A stretch of DNA of 64,000 bases from Eledone cirrhosa. Taxonomy: Eukaryota. How positions within the stretch are numbered: position 1 is the first letter of the stretch; every line of letters begins with the position of its first letter. This document shows positions 61,231-64,000 of the stretch, one piece after another. Made by a program: the position numbers and the translations under genes. The notes below the pieces were generated by a model. That model made no database searches. It was not told the origin of the DNA and saw nothing but the letters and a program-made list of their open reading frames with translations. The DNA is taken from the NCBI GenBank assembly GCA_964016885.1, contig OZ024743.1, forward strand, positions 209,312,001-209,376,000. The letters are read 5' to 3'.

Positions 61231-64000
61231 AAGCTCTTCACTCCATATGATATACCACAGCTTACCATCCTATAGCCACACATGAAAGCTCTTCACTCCA
61301 TAAGATATACCACAGCTTACCATCCTATAGCCACACATGAAAGCTCTTCACCCCATAAGATATACCACACTTTACCATCCTATAGCCACATGAGAGCTCT
61401 TCACTCCATAAGATATACCACACTTTACCATCCTATAGCCACAGATGAAAGCTCTTCACTCCATAAGATATACCACAGTTTACCATCCTATAGCCACAGA
61501 TGAAAGCTGTTCACTCCATAAGATATACCACAGTTTACCATCCTATAGCCACACATGAAAGCTCTTCACTCCATAAGATATACCACAGTTTACCATCCTA
61601 TAGCCACACATGAAAGCTATTCCCTCCATAAGATATACCACAGTTTACCATCCTAGAGCCACAAATGAAAGCTCTTCACTCCATAAGATATACCACAGTT
61701 TACCATCCGATAGCCACACATGAAAGCTCTTCACTCCATCAGATATACCACAGTTTACCATCCTATAGCCACACATGAAAGCTCTTCACTCCATAAGATA
61801 TACCACAGTTTACCATCCTATAGCCACAAATGAAAGCTCTTCACTCCATAAGATATACCACAGTTTACCATCCTATAGCCAGATGAAAGCTCTTCACTCC
61901 ATAAGATATACAACAGTTTACCATCCTATAGCCACACATGAAAGCTCTTCACTCCATAAGATATACCACAGTTTACCATCCTATAGCCACAAATGAAAGC
62001 TCTTCACTCCATAAGATATACCACAGTTTACCATCCTATAGCCACACATGAAAGCTCTTCACTCCATAAGATATACCACAGTTTACCATCCTATAGCCAC
62101 AAATGAAAGCTCTTCACTCCATAAGAAATACCACAGTTTACCATCCGATAGCCACACATGAAAGCTCTTCACTCAATCAGATATACCACAGTTTACCATC
62201 CTATAGCCACACATGAAAGCTCTTCACTCCATAAGATATACCACAGTTTACCAGCCTATAGCCACGCATGAAAGCTCTTCAATCCATAAGATATATCACA
62301 GTTTACCATCCTATAGCCAGATGAAATCTCTTCACTCCATAAGATATACCACAGTTTACCATCCTATAGCCACAGATGAAAGCTGTTCACTCCATAAAAT
62401 ATACCACAGTTTACCATCCTATAGCCACGCCACGGATGAAAGCTCTTCACTCCATAAGATATACCACAGTTTACCATCCGATAGCCACACATGAAAGCTC
62501 TTCACTCCATCAGATATACCACAGTTTACCATCCTATAGCCACACATGAAAGCTCTTCACTCCATAAGATATACCACAGTTTACCATCCTATAGCCACAA
62601 ATGAAAGCTCTTCACTCCATAAGATATACCACAGTTTACCATCCTATAGCCAGATGAAAGCTCTTCTCTCCATAAGATATACCACAGTTTACCATCCTAT
62701 AGCTACGCATGAAAGCTCTTCACTCCATAAGATATACCACAGTTTACCATCCTATAGCCAGATGAAAGCTCTTCACTCCATAAGATATACCACAGTTTAC
62801 CATCCTATAGCCACAGATGAAAGCTCTTCACTCCATAAGATATACCACAGTTTACCATCCTATAGCCACACATGAAAGCTCTTCACTCCATAAGATATAC
62901 CACACTTTACCATCCTATAGCCACAGATGAAAGCTCTTAACTCCATAAGATATACCACAGTTTACCATCCTATAGCCACAGATGAAAGCTGTTCACTCCA
63001 TAAGATATACCACAGTTTACCATCCTATAGCCACACATGAAAGCTCTTCACTCCATAAGATATACCACAGTTTACCATCCTATAACCACAGATGAAAGCT
63101 GTTCACTCCATAAGATATACCACAGTTTACCATCCTATAGCCACAGATGAAAGCTGTTCACTCCATAAGATATACCACAGTTTACCATCCTATAGCCAGA
63201 TGAAAGCTCTTCACTCTATAAGATATACCACACTTTACCATCCTATAGCCACAGATGAAAGCTGTTGACTCCATAAGATATACCACAGTTTACCATCCTA
63301 TAGCCACGCCACGGATGAAAGCTCTTCACTCCATAAGATATACCACAGTTTACCATCCTATAGCCACACATGAAAGCTGTTCACTCCATAAGATATACCA
63401 CAGTTTACCATCCTATAGCCAGATGAAAGCTCTTCACTCCATAAGATATACAACAGTTTACCATCCTATAGCCACACATGAAAGCTCTTCACTCCATAAG
63501 ATATACCACAGTTTACCATCCTATAGCCACAAATGAAAGCTCTTCACTCCATAAGATATACCACAGTTTACCATCCTATAGCCACACATGAAAGCTATTC
63601 ACTCCATAAGATATACCACAGTTTACCATCCTATAGCCACAAATGAAAGCTCTTCACTCCATAAGATATACCAGAGTTTACCATCCGATAGCCACACATG
63701 AAAGCTCTTCACTCCATAAGATATACCACAGTTTACCATCCTATAGCCAGATGAAAGCACTTCACTCCATAAGATATACCACAGTTTACCATCCTATAGC
63801 CACGCATGAAAGTTCTTCACTCCATAAGATATACCACAGTTTACCATCCTATAGCCACACATGAAAGCCCTTCACTCCATAAGATATACCGCAGTTTACC
63901 ATCCTATAGCCACACATGAAAGCTCTTCACTCCATAAAATATACCACAGTTTCCCATCCTATAGCCACAGATGAAAGCTCTTCACTCCATAACATATACT

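Larger units (their letters stand above)
1..64000 (+). repeat. Tandem satellite DNA array, 55-bp consensus monomer, ~1,170 copies, running off both window edges
   Basis: The monomer ATGAAAGCTCTTCACTCCATAAGATATACCACAGTTTACCATCCTATAGCCACA(G/C/A) recurs continuously, e.g. starts at 54, 109, 164. Most copies differ from consensus by 0-3 substitutions. No inversion or non-repeat insertion seen. Confidence 0.99.

Noticed and set aside
164-63864. ORFs encoding MKALHSIRYTTVYHPIAT/ESSSLHKIYHSLPSYSQ repeats (61-185 aa)
   Set aside because: 55 is not a multiple of 3, so the third monomer reaches TGA unless a 53-, 54- or 60-bp variant postpones it. ORF lengths simply track indel order. There is no unique domain or sign of frame selection. 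Only ribosome profiling or proteomics could rescue them.
1-64000. CRISPR array
   Set aside because: There are no unique spacers between repeats, no leader and no cas genes. The entire unit is repeated.
1-64000. Telomerase-made telomeric repeat (G-rich minus strand)
   Set aside because: The unit is much longer than typical telomerase repeats, has no G-runs, and shows inherited kb-scale variant blocks that indicate recombinational expansion. A subtelomeric location cannot be excluded.
1-64000. Artificial concatemer or rolling-circle sequencing artefact
   Set aside because: Variants are shared in ordered, nested blocks with diagnostic differences, which random read error on one template would not produce. 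Local misassembly remains possible.
1-64000. Embedded transposon, inversion or unique island
   Set aside because: Reading through the window, I found no non-monomer sequence and no reverse-orientation monomer.

Overview
The whole 64 kb window is one uninterrupted head-to-tail tandem satellite array of roughly 1,170 monomers, all in one orientation. The 55-bp consensus is ATGAAAGCTCTTCACTCCATAAGATATACCACAGTTTACCATCCTATAGCCACA[G/C/A] (about 40% GC, C-rich and G-poor on +, no CpG). I saw no unique sequence, gene, RNA gene, transposon or CRISPR spacer. The ORF track is a by-product of the ATG in the monomer plus 53/54/60-bp length variants that postpone a TGA. The real structure lies in the variant pattern: 53/54/55/60-bp monomer classes, short cassettes (108, 220, 381, ~438-548, 767 bp) and nested kb-scale duplications (1374, 2078, ~3.1k, 3671, 3721, 5386, ~11,180 bp). 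There is also a left-to-right change of variant haplotype, a chimeric monomer that maps a recombination breakpoint, and signs of CpG decay. It looks like eukaryotic satellite DNA (centromeric, pericentromeric or subtelomeric), but I do not recognise the family or organism. I found no support for a new gene system, and any function is inference. Block boundaries were read by eye and are approximate to about one monomer.
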